Shown piece by piece: positions 61,120 to 64,000 of a stretch of DNA of 64,000 bases. Below the pieces are notes generated by a model. It was not told the DNA's origin and did not search any database. It worked only from the letters and a program-made list of their open reading frames with translations. A program made the position numbers and the translations under genes. Every line of letters starts with the position of its first letter. Position 1 is the first letter of the stretch. The stretch is from Guillardia theta CCMP2712 (taxonomy: Eukaryota > Protista > Cryptophyta), in the NCBI RefSeq assembly GCF_000315625.1, contig NW_005434657.1, positions 116,837-180,836 of the forward strand, written 5' to 3'.

Positions 61120-63522
61120 ATGCGCACTGCCGTGCTCCTTGCGTGCTTGACGGGCGCCGCGGCCTTCGCGCCGTCTTCCTTCCTCCCCTCCACCAGGGTG
61201 AGAGCCCCAGTGCAGGCTGCTGCCCCCCGTCTCCGCACTCCCGTGGATGCACGCAGGGCTCGTCCTGTCGCCGCCTCCTCGGTGCGCATGCAGACGGCCA
61301 CCGGTGTTGACATTGCTGCCCTCACCCGTGCGGCCAACGAGGCCAGAGGTCTTGCCATGGACTCGATCGCTGCCGCCAAGTCTGGACATCTTGGTCTTCC
61401 CCTTGGCTGTGCTGAGGTGAGTCGCTGTCGTGTTGTCTGGGTGCGACGCGTATTTATGACAGCTTTTCTTTACCTGAGATCTGTCCTCGCTTACGTGAAA
61501 TCATGCGTGGAGCTTGTTGCTGTGTGTGAGAGGAACAAGTTTTCTGTTTTCTCTCTGTGTAGTGCTTGTGAATGTTGTCTCCCACTCGGCGTCGTGCTGC
61601 TCGTGCTTAGCTGACATCCTGGGCAGATCGGAGCCGTCCTTTACTCGGACTTCCTCCAGCACAACCCCAAGGACCCCCAGTGGCTCAACCGCGATCGTTT
61701 CGTTCTCAGTGGAGGCCACGGATCCATGTTCTTGTACTCCTGGCTCCACATCTCCGGCTACAACCTCCCCATGAGCGAGGTCAAGAACTTCCGCCAGCAC
61801 CATTCGATGACCCCCGGCCATCCCGAGTTTCCCAACTCCGAGCACAACACCCCGGGTATCGAGGCCACCACCGGCCCCCTCGGCCAGGGCGTCGTCAACG
61901 CCGCCGGTATCGCTGCTGCCCAGAAGATGGAGCAGGCTATGTTCAACACCAAGGACCACACACTCTTCGACTCGGTGACCGTTGCTCTTTGCGGAGACGG
62001 CTGCCTCCAGGAGGGAGTCTCTGCTGAGGGCGCTGCCTTCGCCGCCCACGAGGGTCTCGACAACCTGATCATCGTCTACGACTCTAACGACGTGACCCTC
62101 GACAAGATGGCTGAGTACACCCAGTCTGAGGACACCGCCGCCCGCTACACTGCCTACGGGTGGGAGGTCGTTACCATCGATGGACATGACATCAATGCTG
62201 TCAAGAACACCCTCGACAAGTTCCGCTCTTCCAAGAACGGAAAGCCCAAGCTTCTCGTCTGCAAGACCATCATCGGCAAGGGTATCGATGAGGTTGCCGG
62301 AACCAACGCTGCTCACGGAGAGGCTGGCGTCAAGTACGTCGCCGAGGCCAAGAAGAAGCTCGGCCTTACCGAGCCGTGGCAGGTCTCCCAGGACACCTAC
62401 AAGTACTTCGAGGGTGTCCAGAAGAGACTTGGCTCCAAGTACGACGCCTGGAAGCAGACCTACAACAGCTGGAAGTCTGTCAACGCTGACAAGGCAAAGC
62501 TTCTCGAGATGCTCCAGTCCAAGAAGACTCCCTCCGCCGCGGACATGTTCAAGGCCATCCCCGAGATCTCCAAGGGCAAGGACATCGCCACCCGTGAGGC
62601 TGGTTCCATCGTCATCAACCACATCTCCGACCTCGTCCCCCAGTTCCTCTCCGGCTCTGCTGATCTTCACGGATCCAACAAGAACTACATCAAGAACGGA
62701 GGAAACTTCGGCAGGGGCTTCGACAAGACCTACACCGGCAAGAACTTCTACTTCGGAATCCGCGAGCACGCTATGGGAGCCATCATGAACGGTATCGCCT
62801 TCCACGGCCTCTACCGCCCCTCCGGCGCTACCTTCCTCGTCTTCGTCGACTACATGCGCGCAAGCATCCGCGTCGCTTCCCTCGCCGAGCTTCCCTGCAC
62901 CTACATCCTCACCCACGACTCCATCGGTGTCGGCGAGGACGGTCCCACCCATCAGCCCGTCGAGACCACGGCCTCCCTCCGCGTCATCCCCAACCTCGAC
63001 GTGATCCGCCCAGCTGATCCCGAGGAGACCGTCGGCGCCTACGTTCACTCCCAGCAGAGGAAGGACGGACCCACCGCTCTGATCCTCACCCGCCAGAACG
63101 TTAAGACCCTCGACTCCGTCCCAGCTCAGACCCGCCGTGAGGGAGTTCTCAAGGGAGCCTACGTCCTCAAGAAGGAGACCGGAGCCCTCAAGCTCATCAT
63201 CCTCGCCGCTGGTTCCGAGGTTCAGCACGCCATGGCCGCTGCCGACGCTCTCGGCGATGGCATCCGTGTCGTCTCCGTTCCTTCCATGAACATCTTCAAC
63301 AAGCAGCCCCAGTCCTACAAGGACGAGGTCCTCCCCCCCTCCTGCACCAAGCGCGTTGCCATGGAGGCTGGAGTTGGCAGCATGTGGTACCAGTACGTCG
63401 GCCTCCAGGGCAAGGTTGTCAGCGTTGAGCGCTTCGGCTTCTCTGCCCCCGGAGACATCGTGATGAAGGAGCTCGGTATGACTGCTGAGAACTTGATCAA
63501 GGAGTGCAAGGCCTACATGTAA
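61120..63522 (+). CDS. TKT: Plastid-targeted transketolase (exons 61120-61416 and 61627-63522; 730 aa)
   Basis: [68 protein letters not shown]; leader [18 protein letters not shown]; strong C-ending codon bias. Confidence 0.97.
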
Positions 63523-64000
63523 GAGCTTCGCTAGTTGATTGTGTTTCAATGTGAATAAACGACGAAAAGAAACTTGGAAGGGATGTAAGCGAGGAAGAGG
63601 AAAGACATGCCATGGAGGAGAACACCCTGCTGCAGCAAGTGGCATGTAAACGTAAGAACTTATGGTATGAGTTTTGAGTATTCCCTCTGGTTTTCTATTT
63701 CTTTCAGTTTCACATCTTCACCTAGTACAACATAACAATTTGTTTTCTGTTACAACTTTGCCGTCAGTTGCTTCGCTTCCACACGGGCGCACTGAACGGA
63801 CGAACCTGAACCTCTCATGTCATCGAGAAGGAGGGAGCCAAGGGGAAAGAGGGAGGGGGAGAGGAGGGGGCGAGGAAGGGAGAGGGAGATGAGAAGGGTG
63901 GTGGGGAAGAGAGAAAGGGGGCGGCGGTGGTGGTGGTGGAGGAGGAGGAGGAGGAGGAGGAGAACAGGTTGAGGAGAAGTATGGGGAGGAGGAGAACAGG

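Noticed and set aside
50872-63522. POR-like gene and transketolase (plus USP) as a plastid gene cluster
   Set aside because: Separated by unrelated genes on both strands; expected by chance in a gene-dense algal genome
61501-63645. 714-aa antisense ORF over transketolase
   Set aside because: Shadow ORF: C-ending codon bias on the sense strand removes antisense stops; no recognisable motifs

Overview
Gene-dense eukaryotic nuclear DNA with about 22 protein-coding loci, many short (~40-60 nt) GT-AG introns carrying a CTGAY word near the acceptor, abundant microsatellites and five N gaps. The AxA-F bipartite plastid leaders, flagellar genes and intron style suggest an alga with a red secondary plastid, most like a cryptophyte (Guillardia-like); this is inference. 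Recognisable genes: ZMYND10, MRG15/EAF3, an F420-oxidoreductase-type Rossmann protein, two Cys-rich surface proteins, a cyclic-nucleotide-binding-domain K+ channel, a PDI-family protein ending HDEL, UDP-sugar pyrophosphorylase, an RBR-like ligase, a LisH-CTLH-WD40 protein, an Orai-like fragment, a POR-like SDR, a PCO/ADO-like cupin, several coiled-coil proteins and a plastid transketolase. Best leads: (1) an intronless Crinkler-type ATPase + restriction-endonuclease-fold gene with a coiled-coil header built from 21-nt repeats, lying between two CCGG-rich islands; (2) a POR-like SDR with an apparent tripartite leader including a twin-arginine lumen signal; (3) a dynein microtubule-binding-like domain on a non-dynein coiled-coil protein, behind an apparent frameshift; (4) a His-less PCO/ADO pseudoenzyme with a possible 6-nt microexon; (5) recurrent GGGGTA(C) and YAACGG motif clusters in upstream regions. 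All exon structures were read by eye and are approximate. No rRNA, tRNA or CRISPR array was seen.
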